Below are positions 9,996-19,597 of a DNA stretch of 39,698 nt, one piece after another. The translations under genes and the position numbers were made by a program. The stretch covers positions 1 through 39,698 of the forward strand of contig JBAUVJ010000310.1 of the NCBI GenBank assembly GCA_049583165.1. The letters run 5' to 3'. The notes below the pieces were generated by a model. That model was given only the letters and a program-made list of their open reading frames with translations, was not told where the DNA came from and made no database searches. Position 1 is the first letter of the stretch, and each line of letters begins with the position of its first letter. The stretch comes from Candidatus Sulfotelmatobacter sp. GTDB lineage: Bacteria > Acidobacteriota > Terriglobia > Terriglobales > Acidobacteriaceae.

Positions 9996-12634
9996 TTCGG
10001 CCTCGCGATCTTTACTGATGCGATCTTTCCCCACGCGGGCAGCTTGATTCCAGCCAGTGGAGGAACTCCCGCGGACAATGCTGCAACACCTCGTGGAAGA
10101 TCGGGACGGCCGCGCACCGGCAGACGGAAGTTGCCGGCGGCGCAACTGACTTCGACTTCCGTACCTTCTGCGAGATCGGCGGCAAAATCAGCGGTATTGA
10201 CGGCCACGTGCGGCTTCGTCGCGAGTTCGGCAATTCCTGGCGCCGAGAGGCTTAGTTCGTCCGAGCCGAAAATGTGATACATCGGCACCAGAAGCCACTC
10301 GGCCTCACGCGGCTTAAAAGCGGTGGGAATAGCATTGAAATATTGCTGTCCGTTGGCCTGTTCGGGTTCGAGGATGCGCACACCCGCATCGCCACCCCGC
10401 AAGGGTCCGCCCAGTTCTTTCTGGTAAGTATTGACCGCAGAAATGGAGTTCCAACTCGGCGACCAGAAAAACGGAATCAGCGCTGCCGGGGGCTGGTCCG
10501 GCGTGCCTTCCATGGAGAACGACAATGGAGAATCGGGATCCTCCGGCGGCTTGGGCTCGGACACATTGATGTTCACGAGCACGGACGTGCGACCGCTTTC
10601 GCGGTGTGGAGAGCGTGGGATCTTGGCCCCAGCAATGCGAAATGCCGCCGAGGGTGCAGCGTCGCGCACTGCCGCAAGCTCGGGTAATTCTGCGGACATC
10701 ACCGCAAGCACATCGTCCAGGTCATGCCACGCATCAGGCTTCAACCAACGCCAACTTGCCAAGACATCATTCTGCGGGACGAATACCTGAAAGAATCTCT
10801 GAGCGCGTCCTTCGCTGCTGACGAAAGTACCGTCGGCCTCGGCAAAGGTTCCAGCCGGCAGAACCAGTTCAGCCTTTTCGGTCGTGGGATTGGCAAGATG
10901 ATCGAGGACGATTACGTGCGCTGCCTTGAGCAAGGAGTCGACTTCGGCGCTGGGCGCCCGGCGGTAGAGATCGTTTTCCAGGATGATCACGGTGTCGGCA
11001 TGTCCGTCCCGAACCGCCTGGAACGCGGCGCTTAACGGGTTGCCACCAATCAGCGCCGCGCCGATGGTATTACACTCGGAAGCCGTAAAGCTGAGTGCGG
11101 CTTGCGCCGCCATCGCCACATTCGCGGCGGCTTCAATCACAGCCTTATTGGTACAGCTCGAACCGGAGATAATCAGCGGCTTCTTGGCAGTCTTGAGTGC
11201 GCGGGCGATCTCATTCGCCAGCGGGAAATCTTCTACTGCGGGCGCGCGTGAGTCGAGTGCGTGGGCCACGGCGAATCCCAGCCTGGCCAGGTCATCGGGA
11301 GCGGCATGGAACGTCGCCGTGGCGATGTCGTCCAAGCGTGTGGAATACGGTGTCGCAATGTAGAGCGGACCCTTCGCGCCCTGCATCGCGTCGCGAACGC
11401 CATAATCCATCCACAGCGGTATTTTCAACTTCTTGACGGCTTCCATCGGTTGCTGGCGCACCGATTGGCGGACCGCCAACGCCATTCTGGGCGCGACATT
11501 GGTTATGTCTTCGCCCAGGATGAAGACAGCATCACTCTCTTCGATCTCGCGCAACGTCGGCGTCCGCATGGGACCGTGACGCAAGATCTCCAGCATCTGT
11601 TTAACGAGTTCGGCTTCATCATCGGCGATGCCGGAGTGAAAGCGATCCGGGCCCACCAGAGTGCGCAGGGCAAAGTTGGATTCGAGCGACGCGCGCGGCG
11701 ATCCGATCCCGATCACTTTGTCGTTCGCGACCCTGTTATGCAGATGTTGTCGCGCGAGCGCCACAGAAGTGGGCTTGCCGTTCAGCACCGGCTCGTGAAA
11801 GCGTTGTTCGCTGTTAACAAACTCATAGCCAAACCTTCCACGGTCACACAGGAAATAGCCGTTCACTTCGTGGTTATAACGATTCACGATGCGGCGTACG
11901 GTTCCATATCGTTCGCCGGCATTCACGTTGCAGCCCAGAGCGCAATGCACGCAAACTGAGGGAGCGAACTGCTGGTCCCACTTGCGGGCGTAATGGTGTT
12001 TCAGGGTCTTATCGGTGAAGACACCGGTCGGACAGATTTCGACCAGGTTGCCGCTGAACTCATTCTCCAAAACGCCGTCTTCGTGGCGGCCAAAAAAAAC
12101 CTGGTCCCGCGATGCGAACGCGTTCAAATCGACGCCGCCCGCATACTCGCGGTAGTAGCGCACACAGCGATAGCACTGGATGCACCGGTTCATCTCGTGA
12201 TTCACCAGCGGACCCAGGTTCTGGTTTTCAAACGTACGCTTTTCGAATTCGTAACTGCGGTAGTCGTGGCCGGCCATTACGGTCATATCCTGCAAATGAC
12301 ACTCGCCTCCCTCATCGCAGACCGGGCAGTCATGCGGATGGTTCAGCATGAGTCCTTCGATGATGCCGGCGCGGAAGGCGACGAGCTCGGGGTCTTCGAT
12401 GGAAATACGCGCGCCTTCCGCCGCCGGCGTTAAGCAGGACATGACGATTCTTCCGTGCTCATCGTGCTCGTCTTTGAATTGTTTGACGGCGCACTGACGG
12501 CAGGCGCCCACTGACCCCAGCGCCGGATGCCAGCAGAAGTACGGCAACTTGAAACCCTGCGTGAGACAACCGTGCAGCAGGTTCTCGTCCGGGTTCATCT
12601 GGCACGGTTTGTTATCGACGTAGACGGTCGCCAT
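9992..12634 (-). CDS. nuoG: NADH-quinone oxidoreductase subunit G (Fe-S / molybdopterin-like fold)
   Basis: 880 aa. N-terminal 2Fe-2S (CWHPALGSVGACRQC) and 4Fe-4S motifs (HPHDCPVCDEGGECHLQD, CIQCYRCVRY), followed by a long MopB-like domain. Confidence 0.95.
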   Translation of the reverse strand: MATVYVDNKPCQMNPDENLLHGCLTQGFKLPYFCWHPALGSVGACRQCAVKQFKDEHDEHGRIVMSCLTPAAEGARISIEDPELVAFRAGIIEGLMLNHPHDCPVCDEGGECHLQDMTVMAGHDYRSYEFEKRTFENQNLGPLVNHEMNRCIQCYRCVRYYREYAGGVDLNAFASRDQVFFGRHEDGVLENEFSGNLVEICPTGVFTDKTLKHHYARKWDQQFAPSVCVHCALGCNVNAGERYGTVRRIVNRYNHEVNGYFLCDRGRFGYEFVNSEQRFHEPVLNGKPTSVALARQHLHNRVANDKVIGIGSPRASLESNFALRTLVGPDRFHSGIADDEAELVKQMLEILRHGPMRTPTLREIEESDAVFILGEDITNVAPRMALAVRQSVRQQPMEAVKKLKIPLWMDYGVRDAMQGAKGPLYIATPYSTRLDDIATATFHAAPDDLARLGFAVAHALDSRAPAVEDFPLANEIARALKTAKKPLIISGSSCTNKAVIEAAANVAMAAQAALSFTASECNTIGAALIGGNPLSAAFQAVRDGHADTVIILENDLYRRAPSAEVDSLLKAAHVIVLDHLANPTTEKAELVLPAGTFAEADGTFVSSEGRAQRFFQVFVPQNDVLASWRWLKPDAWHDLDDVLAVMSAELPELAAVRDAAPSAAFRIAGAKIPRSPHRESGRTSVLVNINVSEPKPPEDPDSPLSFSMEGTPDQPPAALIPFFWSPSWNSISAVNTYQKELGGPLRGGDAGVRILEPEQANGQQYFNAIPTAFKPREAEWLLVPMYHIFGSDELSLSAPGIAELATKPHVAVNTADFAADLAEGTEVEVSCAAGNFRLPVRGRPDLPRGVAALSAGVPPLAGIKLPAWGKIASVKIARPK

Positions 12635-12637
12635 TAC

Positions 12638-13927
12638 CTATCTCCAGGGGCAGCGGTGCTCGCTGATGTGCTGTTCGAAATCATCGCGAAAATATTTCAA
12701 CGCGCTCTGCAAGGGCTCCGCAGCGCCGGGCGCTAGTGCACAGAATGTGTTACCGGGATTCCACATCTTGGCTTGATGGGCGAGCTTGTCGAGATCGCCG
12801 GGCTGGCCGTGGCCTTCCTCCATGGATTTCAGAATTCGGTCTGCCCATCCCAAGCCGCTCCAGCAGGGCGTGCAGAATCCGCAGGATTCTCGCGCGAAGA
12901 AGTGCATCAAGTTCCACGTCATGCCCACGGGGCAGGTGTGGTCATCGAGTACGATCATGGTGCCAGTGCCCATGCGGCTGCCCACTTTTTCCATAGCGCT
13001 GAAATCCATGGGCGTATCCAGGTGCTCTTCGACGATGAAGTCGGTGGAGGCTCCGCCGGGGATCAAGCCGCGAAATTTAACACAATCGCGCATTCCTCCC
13101 GCACACTCTTCGAGAATCTCGCGCACGGTGGTTCCCATTGGAAGTTCCCACAGGCCGGGGCGCTTTACTTTTCCGCTGGCGCCAAATAGCTTCGTGCCTG
13201 CATCCTTCGTCCGACCCAGTTTTTGGAACCACGCAGCGCCGTTGTTGATGATGTGGGGCACGCAGCACAGCGTCTCGACGTTATTCACCACCGTGGGTTT
13301 GCCGAACAGGCCGACCACCGGAGGAAATGGCGGCTTAGATCTCGGATTGGCGCGTTTGCCCTCCAGCGCATTCAGCAGCCCAGTTTCTTCCCCACACATG
13401 TAACGGCCGCCACTGAGGTGCAGATAGAGTTCCAGGTTGTAGCCGGAACCGAAAATGTCTTTGCCTAAGTAATGGCGTTCGTAGGCTTCCGCGATGGCGC
13501 GGGCAAGCCGCTCCGCGCATAGCGTGTATTCTCCGCGCAAAAAGATGTATGCAATGTCGGCCTCAATAGCGAAGCCAGCGACCATCACGCCCTCGATAAG
13601 CTGGTGCGGATCCCTCTCCATCAATAGGCGGTCTTTGAACGTGCCCGGCTCCATCTCGTCGGCGTTCACGATCAGATAGGTCGGGTTGGGAACGTCCTTG
13701 CCACGCGGCACAAAAGACCACTTCACGCCGGTTGGAAAACCAGCGCCGCCCCGTCCGCGCAGACTCGCGTTCTTCACCTCATCGATGACGGCCGCCGGCA
13801 TCATGCCGCCATTCAGAACCTTACGGATCGCCTGGTACCCGCCGGCCTGCTCGTAGCCGCGCAAGTCCACAATAGATCCGTCCGGTCGGATATTCTTGGT
13901 TAGCGGCTTTTCGGAGTTGACGTTCAT
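12638..13927 (-). CDS. nuoF: NADH-quinone oxidoreductase subunit F (FMN/NADH-binding)
   Basis: GRGGAGFPTG.KWSF, NADEMEPGTFKDR, ESCGFCTPC. 429 aa. Confidence 0.95.
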   Translation of the reverse strand: MNVNSEKPLTKNIRPDGSIVDLRGYEQAGGYQAIRKVLNGGMMPAAVIDEVKNASLRGRGGAGFPTGVKWSFVPRGKDVPNPTYLIVNADEMEPGTFKDRLLMERDPHQLIEGVMVAGFAIEADIAYIFLRGEYTLCAERLARAIAEAYERHYLGKDIFGSGYNLELYLHLSGGRYMCGEETGLLNALEGKRANPRSKPPFPPVVGLFGKPTVVNNVETLCCVPHIINNGAAWFQKLGRTKDAGTKLFGASGKVKRPGLWELPMGTTVREILEECAGGMRDCVKFRGLIPGGASTDFIVEEHLDTPMDFSAMEKVGSRMGTGTMIVLDDHTCPVGMTWNLMHFFARESCGFCTPCWSGLGWADRILKSMEEGHGQPGDLDKLAHQAKMWNPGNTFCALAPGAAEPLQSALKYFRDDFEQHISEHRCPWR

Positions 13928-14388
13928 TTGTACTTCTCAAGTTCCGTGTCAATTTTCTGCGGGTCCAGATCGCTATGCAGATCGCTGTCCACCATCATGG
14001 CTGGGGCGTGATCGCAGCATCCGAGGCATACGATCGGCAGCAGCGTAAAGCGATTGTCGGGCGTCGTCTCGCCAGGTTCGATACCCAGGCGCTCTTGGAG
14101 ATGCTTCTGCATATGGTCAGAGCCCATGATCCAGCAACTCACGCTGTCGCAGGCCATGATCACGTGGCGCCCCACGGGCTTACGAAAAATCAAGTTATAA
14201 AATGTGGCCACGCCGTCCAGGTCAGCGGGGGACATGCCGAGGTGCCCGGCGATATCACGAAGGCTTTCATCGGAAACCCAGCCACGGTGCCGCTGCACGA
14301 TCTTCAGCGCGTCAATGCAAACAGCATCGCGCTTGGGATAGTGCGCCGCTTCGGCTTCAATCTCGCTGATTTCTTCCGCCGTCAACAT
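13924..14388 (-). CDS. nuoE: NADH-quinone oxidoreductase subunit E (2Fe-2S)
   Basis: 154 aa with CDSVSC ... CLGCCDHAPAMMV cluster ligands. Overlaps the nuoF start by 4 nt. Confidence 0.93.
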   Translation of the reverse strand: MLTAEEISEIEAEAAHYPKRDAVCIDALKIVQRHRGWVSDESLRDIAGHLGMSPADLDGVATFYNLIFRKPVGRHVIMACDSVSCWIMGSDHMQKHLQERLGIEPGETTPDNRFTLLPIVCLGCCDHAPAMMVDSDLHSDLDPQKIDTELEKYK

Positions 14389-14400
14389 CTTTTCAGTTCC

Positions 14401-16146
14401 TCACCGGTCGATATCTGCCAGGACAAAATCCAGGCTACCCAGAATGACAATCAAGTCCGGAATCATCAGACCTCGGGACAGCACGGGCAGAGTTTGCACA
14501 TGAGCAAAAGAGGGCGTCCGTATGCGCGTGCGGTACGAAACTGTGCTGCCATCGCTCACCAGGTAATAACCGTTGTTGCCTTTGGTGGCTTCGATGGCGC
14601 CGAGCGCCTCCCCCACAGGCATTACCGGCCCCCACGTCACGCTCAAGAAGTGCGTGATCAGGGTTTCAATGTCGTGCATGGTGCGGTCTTTCACCGGAGG
14701 CGTCGCCAAAGGGTGATCTGATTTGTATGGACCCTCGGGCATGTGCTTCACGCATTGCTCGATGATGCGGAGGCTTTGCCGAATCTCCTCGATACGCACT
14801 GCGGCACGGTCATAACAGTCGCCGTTCTTGCCGGTCGGAATGTCGAACTCAAACTGGTCGTATCCCGAGTAAGGTTGCCGCTTGCGGAAGTCCCATTCCA
14901 ATCCACAGGCGCGGAGGTTGGCGCCGGTAACGCCCCACTCGATCGCCTCATTTACTGTGAATTCGCCGATACCTTGCGTGCGCGCTTTGAAAATCGCATT
15001 TTGCATCACTGTGCGGTCATACTCGATCAGGCGTGGCGGTAGGTACTTGATGAAATCGTGGAACATTTTCTCCCAGCCTCGGGGCAGGTCGGCGGCAACG
15101 CCGCCAATACGAAACCAGGCTGGGTGCATGCGTGCGCCAGTGACCGCTTCGACGATTTCAAATGCACGCTCCCGGTCGTTGAAGGTGAAAAAGACTGGCG
15201 ACATCTGTCCAAGGTCTTGAGCAAAAGTGCCATACCAGACGAGGTGGCTGATAATACGGAACAGCTCGCACAGCATCACGCGAATGACTTGGGCGCGGGG
15301 CGGTATCGTGATGCCGGCGAGCTTCTCCACTGCCGTGAGATAAGCCAGGTTATTCATCACTCCGCCGAGGTAGTCCACGCGGTCGGTGTAAGGGATGTAT
15401 GTGTGCCAGGACTGGCGCTCGCCCATCTTCTCGGCGCCGCGATGGTGGAAGCCGATCTCGGGAATGACATCGACGATTTCTTCGCCGTCGAGTTGCAACG
15501 CGAGGCGTAAGATACCGTGCGTGCCGGGATGCTGAGGGCCAAGATTGAGGAAAACAAAATCCTCGCCGTCGCGTTCGCGACTCATGCCCCATTCTTCTGG
15601 ACGGAAACGAAGCGCCTCTTGCTCGGCCAGTTCCTTGTCGGGAGGCAATTCATACGGTCCCATCTCCGTGGCGCGCGCCGGATGCTCCTTGCGCAGCGGA
15701 TGGCCAACCCACCTCTTCGGCATCAGCAGGCGTTGCAGATGGGGATGCCCGTCAAAAACAATCCCGAACATGTCCCACACTTCGCGCTCGTACCAATTGG
15801 CGGCGGGCCAGAGGCGCGTAATACTTGGCAAGGAAAGACGGTCCTCCGCCAGAGCTACCTTGATACGGATATATTCATTGCGCTCGAAAGAAAGGAGATG
15901 ATAGACAACCGTAAAATCACTCGCCGGCTGGCCGTCGCGATGCTGCCGCATGCGCTCATCAATGGCGGAGAGGTCATACAGCATCTTGTACGGACGATCG
16001 ATCCCTTCTTTGAGAAAACGGAGCAGATCGAAGACACGATCTTTCGCCACCCAAAAGGTGGGGATGCGATCGAGCGTATCCTGCGGCGCAGCGGCAGAAC
16101 CAAGCCGGTCGAGAATTTCGTGGGTGATGGTGGGGGCTGCGATCAT
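14401..16146 (-). CDS. nuoCD: NADH-quinone oxidoreductase fused subunit C/D
   Basis: One 581-aa ORF. The NuoC part ([18 protein letters not shown]) is joined to the NuoD part ([15 protein letters not shown], ... [13 protein letters not shown] ... DFVLADIDR). This is the same fusion architecture as in E. coli. Confidence 0.95.
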   Translation of the reverse strand: MIAAPTITHEILDRLGSAAAPQDTLDRIPTFWVAKDRVFDLLRFLKEGIDRPYKMLYDLSAIDERMRQHRDGQPASDFTVVYHLLSFERNEYIRIKVALAEDRLSLPSITRLWPAANWYEREVWDMFGIVFDGHPHLQRLLMPKRWVGHPLRKEHPARATEMGPYELPPDKELAEQEALRFRPEEWGMSRERDGEDFVFLNLGPQHPGTHGILRLALQLDGEEIVDVIPEIGFHHRGAEKMGERQSWHTYIPYTDRVDYLGGVMNNLAYLTAVEKLAGITIPPRAQVIRVMLCELFRIISHLVWYGTFAQDLGQMSPVFFTFNDRERAFEIVEAVTGARMHPAWFRIGGVAADLPRGWEKMFHDFIKYLPPRLIEYDRTVMQNAIFKARTQGIGEFTVNEAIEWGVTGANLRACGLEWDFRKRQPYSGYDQFEFDIPTGKNGDCYDRAAVRIEEIRQSLRIIEQCVKHMPEGPYKSDHPLATPPVKDRTMHDIETLITHFLSVTWGPVMPVGEALGAIEATKGNNGYYLVSDGSTVSYRTRIRTPSFAHVQTLPVLSRGLMIPDLIVILGSLDFVLADIDR

Positions 16147-16784
16147 ACGTCGTCAGGCTCCCTCAGCACTGTGGCTTTCTGCCGTGACGGCTGTAAAAGG
16201 TCGCGCATGGATGGAAGCGGAGCCCGCACTGTTTGTTGCGGGCCCACCAGCCAGCTCAGCGGACGCTGTTCCGTTCCTATGGCTTTCTGCAGCAACAGTA
16301 GTCCCTCCAGAAAAGCTTCGGGCCGCGGCGGGCAGCCGGGCACATAAACATCGACAGGAAGAAACTTGTCCACGCCCTGCACCACGCTATAAATGTCGTA
16401 CATGCCGCCGGAGTTCGCGCAGGAGCCCATCGAAATCACCCAGCGCGGCTCCATCATCTGTTCATAAAGCCGTTGAACGATTGGCGCCATCTTCATGAAA
16501 ACCGTTCCGGCAACCACCATGAGGTCCGCTTCACGAGGCGTACCGCGAATCACTTCGGCGCCGAATCGAGAGACATCAAACTTGCTAGTGATGCTGGCGG
16601 CCATCTCCACGTAACAGCACGAGAGGCCAAAGTTAAAGGGCCACACAGAATTTTTGCGCCCCCACTTGACCAGATCCTCCAGCCGAGAGAGGACTACGCT
16701 GCGGCGCACGGTTTGCTCGAACGGCTCTGCATCGGGCGTTGCGACCAACCCTGTGATGTCCGGCTTTGTGAGTGACCACTGCAT
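16143..16784 (-). CDS. nuoB: NADH-quinone oxidoreductase subunit B
   Basis: MQWSL..., [60 protein letters not shown], plus an RPLSW..G tail as in E. coli NuoB. ATG 16784 overlaps the nuoA stop (TGATG). The upstream ORF extension was trimmed. Confidence 0.93.
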   Translation of the reverse strand: MQWSLTKPDITGLVATPDAEPFEQTVRRSVVLSRLEDLVKWGRKNSVWPFNFGLSCCYVEMAASITSKFDVSRFGAEVIRGTPREADLMVVAGTVFMKMAPIVQRLYEQMMEPRWVISMGSCANSGGMYDIYSVVQGVDKFLPVDVYVPGCPPRPEAFLEGLLLLQKAIGTEQRPLSWLVGPQQTVRAPLPSMRDLLQPSRQKATVLREPDDV

Positions 16785-17182
16785 CAGACGCTCCTCGAAC
16801 GGCGCGGTTCCCGCGCCCAATCCAGAGCGCCAATCTTCCAGAGATAAATGAGGGCGACAGCGAGCACCGCTACGAATAACAGAACCTCGCTGTACCCGGC
16901 CCAGCCTAGCTCGCGAGCCGCAACGGCCCATGCGAAAAGGAAGACTGCTTCTAAATCAAAAACTACGAAAAACATGGCAACCAGGTAGTAGCGCACTGAA
17001 AAACGTACACGTGCGGAGCCCTCCGAAACGATGCCGCCTTCGAAAGGCTGTCCGGTAGCAGGCTCGGAGTGCCTTGGACCCAATAAGTAGGAAACAACGA
17101 GTACCGCCGCGACCAGAATCAACACGAATGCGAAATATGCAGCGAGCGGCCAAATCATAAGGACACACGCTCCTCTGAGCAT
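16784..17182 (-). CDS. nuoA: NADH-quinone oxidoreductase subunit A
   Basis: FEGGI...[31 protein letters not shown]. The start is either ATG 17182 or ATG 17158 (MIWPLAAY). Confidence 0.88.
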   Translation of the reverse strand: MLRGACVLMIWPLAAYFAFVLILVAAVLVVSYLLGPRHSEPATGQPFEGGIVSEGSARVRFSVRYYLVAMFFVVFDLEAVFLFAWAVAARELGWAGYSEVLLFVAVLAVALIYLWKIGALDWAREPRRSRSV

Positions 17183-17273
17183 TCACCGCCTGTGACCCAT
17201 GCGCGTCGCCAGCTCATTTCACTTCTCTTGTTCTTCGACTTTCCGAGTAGCCTGGTGGTAGCTTTGTTTTCAG

Positions 17274-17289
17274 AGCAATGCATGCGCCA
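17274..17289 (-). promoter_or_regulatory. candidate sigma-54 (-24/-12) promoter facing nuoA
   Basis: The minus strand reads TGGCGCATGCATTGCT. TGGC and TTGC are spaced exactly as in the consensus TGGCAC-N5-TTGCW. It lies about 90 nt upstream of the nuoA ATG. There is one mismatch in the -24 box. Confidence 0.3.
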
Positions 17290-17396
17290 AAATGTGGCGT
17301 GCTTTGGGAGTCGCGAACTAATTGATTTCGTGCGAGATAACCGCCACGTGAGAGGCATAAATCATTTCGCTGCCGTGACGAATCTTTGGCAGGCGA

Positions 17397-17410
17397 GCCA
17401 GACTTCTGGC
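17397..17410. promoter_or_regulatory. perfect 14-bp palindrome GCCAGA-CT-TCTGGC, a possible regulator/UAS site
   Basis: Read directly from the sequence. It lies between the two sigma-54-like motifs, about 110 bp upstream of the nuo-facing one. Confidence 0.25.
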
Positions 17411-17619
17411 ACTCGACGACTTTCCCGGCAGGCTCGGGCGCCAGCGACTCGAGGATGTTTTGTGGAGCGTTCTCGACGCTTTTAGGAGCTTCCCGTTTCG
17501 TTTCGAGATGTTGCAACTCTGCCATGGTCCGTCAGATATCTGTCTCTACGCTTCGAGTTTTGCCGCGCACCTCATCCAAAGATCTCTTTGCCGCCAACGC
17601 AAAAGCCTCGCCCGCTATT

Positions 17620-17635
17620 TGGCATTCCGTTTGCG
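17620..17635 (+). promoter_or_regulatory. candidate sigma-54 (-24/-12) promoter facing the pentose-phosphate operon
   Basis: The plus strand reads TGGCATTCCGTTTGCG. GG and GC have the canonical 12-nt register. It lies about 160 nt upstream of ATG 17793. Confidence 0.35.
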
Positions 17636-17792
17636 TTCGCTTGAGATGGAGAGGGAGAGCCGCGACGAACATTCGGATCACTCGAGGATCTGACTGAGTG
17701 CATTCCTATGCGCGCCGTCGCGGCACGCGCAACGCTGGTCTGAGTTGTGGCCAAATGGAGCGAATGGTCTGAACGGCCAGAACGAGTAATTG

Positions 17793-18446
17793 ATGAGAGA
17801 TCACTTCGATGTCGTCTACCTTGCCCGGCACGGCGAAACCGCGTGGACCGTCACGGGGCAACACACAGGACTGACGGACCTGCCGCTTACTGAGCGCGGC
17901 GAGCACAACGCGCGGCGACTCGGGGAAAGGCTGATAGGGCTGACATTCGCAAAAGTACTCACCAGCCCCCTGAGCCGCGCCAAGAGGACATGTGAGCTCG
18001 CTGGCTTCGGAAATGTGGCTGAGGTCGATCCGGACCTGGACGAGTGGGACTACGGTAAATACGAGGGTCGCCTGACGGTCGACATAATGGCAGAACGTCC
18101 CGGCTGGCAATTGTTTCGCGATGGATGCCCGGGCGGCGAATCGCCGGACCAAGTGGTCGCAAGAGCTGACCGGGTAGTGAGCCGCGTGCGCGCCGTCGCT
18201 GGGGATGTTCTGCTTTTTTCCAGCGGCCATTTTCTCCGAGTCTTGGCTACACGCTGGATTCAGATCGCGCCAATCAGCGCCCAATCTCTCATGCTGAGCA
18301 CGACGAGCCTGAGCGCACTGAGTTACGAAAACAGTCTTTCGCAGCCGGCCATTCAGCTGTGGAACGATGCCAGACACGTGCTCACGTCGAGCGAACAGGA
18401 ATCCCCAGCGCTCGCGGGCGCGAGCCGCCTACCATCAACGAGGTGA
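17793..18446 (+). CDS. histidine phosphatase (phosphoglycerate mutase-like) family protein
   Basis: Catalytic RHG motif (VYLARHGETAWT), LTERGE, and a downstream SGHFLRV His motif. ATG 17793 (TTG at 17790 is also possible). The stop is 3 nt before tal. Confidence 0.85.
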   Translation: MRDHFDVVYLARHGETAWTVTGQHTGLTDLPLTERGEHNARRLGERLIGLTFAKVLTSPLSRAKRTCELAGFGNVAEVDPDLDEWDYGKYEGRLTVDIMAERPGWQLFRDGCPGGESPDQVVARADRVVSRVRAVAGDVLLFSSGHFLRVLATRWIQIAPISAQSLMLSTTSLSALSYENSLSQPAIQLWNDARHVLTSSEQESPALAGASRLPSTR

Positions 18447-18449
18447 CAA

Positions 18450-19547
18450 ATGAAAGCGACGCAACTGCTTCACAATGAAGGTCAGAGTTTATGGCTCGAC
18501 AACATCACCCGCACCCTTCTGGACAGCGGTACTCTTCAACAATATATCGCCAATCTATCAGTCACCGGCCTCACTTCGAACCCGACCATTTTCGACCACG
18601 CCATCAGGAACAGCGCAGCGTACGACCCGGCGATCGTCGAGAAGCTACGGCGAGGGAAATCGGGCGAAGCTCTATTTTTCGAGCTGGCGATGGAGGATCT
18701 CTCGCGGGCGGCGGAACTCTTTCGGCCAATTCACGAAAAAACGAATGGCGTGGACGGGTGGGTTTCGCTGGAGGTTTCGCCGCTTCTCGCGTACGACACG
18801 GCCAGTACTCTTGCCGCAGCCAAAGAGCTGTACGACGAGGCGCCCCCAAACCTGTTCATCAAAATTCCGGGCACGAAGGAGGGTCTGCCTGCAATCGAGG
18901 AGGCCATATTTGCCGGAGTGCCGGTTAACGTCACCCTCTTGTTCTCCCGCGAACAATACCTGGCGGCAGCTGGGGCGTTCCTTCGCGGCATAGAGCGGCG
19001 CATCGATGCCGGTCTCAATCCTCAGGTCGGCTCGGTGGCATCCGTGTTCGTTAGCCGCTGGGATGTCGCTGTTGCCGGCAAAGTGCCAGAAATCCTGCAG
19101 GACCAACTTGGCATCGCCATCGCCAAGCGCATCTACAGGGCAGCCAGTACTCTTCTGAGTTCGCCGCGCTGGCAACGTGTTTACAACCTCGGCGGACGTC
19201 CGCAGCGTCTTTTGTGGGCGAGCACTGGAACCAAAGATCCCAAGGCCTCAGATATTCTCTACATCAAGGCTCTGGCTGCGCCTTTCACGGTGAACACGAT
19301 GCCCGAGGCAACCTTAAAAGCTCTGGCGACTCATTCTGAATTAGGTGGGTTGCTGCCAGTGGACGGTGGAAATTGTGAGGAAGTCCTCGCGCAGTTTGGC
19401 AAAGCAGGCATCGATATCGATGCGCTGGCCGCGCAGCTGCAGACCGAGGGAGCCGAGTCCTTTGTGAAGTCGTGGAATGACTTGCTGGCCGTGATTTCTT
19501 CTAAGAGTGCCTCGCTGGACAAAGGCGTGGGTCTGAAGGCAAGCTAA
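18450..19547 (+). CDS. tal: transaldolase (long, type-2-like form)
   Basis: [46 protein letters not shown] lies 5 nt upstream. Confidence 0.92.
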   Translation: MKATQLLHNEGQSLWLDNITRTLLDSGTLQQYIANLSVTGLTSNPTIFDHAIRNSAAYDPAIVEKLRRGKSGEALFFELAMEDLSRAAELFRPIHEKTNGVDGWVSLEVSPLLAYDTASTLAAAKELYDEAPPNLFIKIPGTKEGLPAIEEAIFAGVPVNVTLLFSREQYLAAAGAFLRGIERRIDAGLNPQVGSVASVFVSRWDVAVAGKVPEILQDQLGIAIAKRIYRAASTLLSSPRWQRVYNLGGRPQRLLWASTGTKDPKASDILYIKALAAPFTVNTMPEATLKALATHSELGGLLPVDGGNCEEVLAQFGKAGIDIDALAAQLQTEGAESFVKSWNDLLAVISSKSASLDKGVGLKAS

Positions 19548-19597
19548 AGCAAGCAACCCTCGCTGGGGAAGGCGTGAATACGACAAGGAGTACGCAT

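Noticed and set aside
12092-12099. A8 homopolymer inside nuoG, and another at 39597-39604 inside the cytochrome b/c gene, as potential frameshift or phase-variation sites.
   Set aside because: Both read in frame as Phe-Phe codons within conserved sequence (VFFGRHEDG; PDFFFLW), and the ORFs continue uninterrupted on both sides.
13975-16347. Long plus-strand ORFs antisense to nuoE/nuoCD/nuoB (13975-14721, 248 aa; 15517-16347, 276 aa). The same pattern occurs at 6802-7686 (-), 17706-18377 (-), 23957-24583 (-), 33041-33730 (+) and 34900-35925 (+).
   Set aside because: They are Arg/Ala/Gly-rich off-frame or antisense readings of strongly supported genes in GC-rich DNA. They have no RBS and no recognisable motifs.
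17214-17525. 103-aa minus-strand ORF in the nuo/PPP intergenic region.
   Set aside because: It has no RBS, low-complexity charged composition and no motif. The region is better explained as promoter and leader DNA. I cannot fully exclude a small protein without ribosome profiling.
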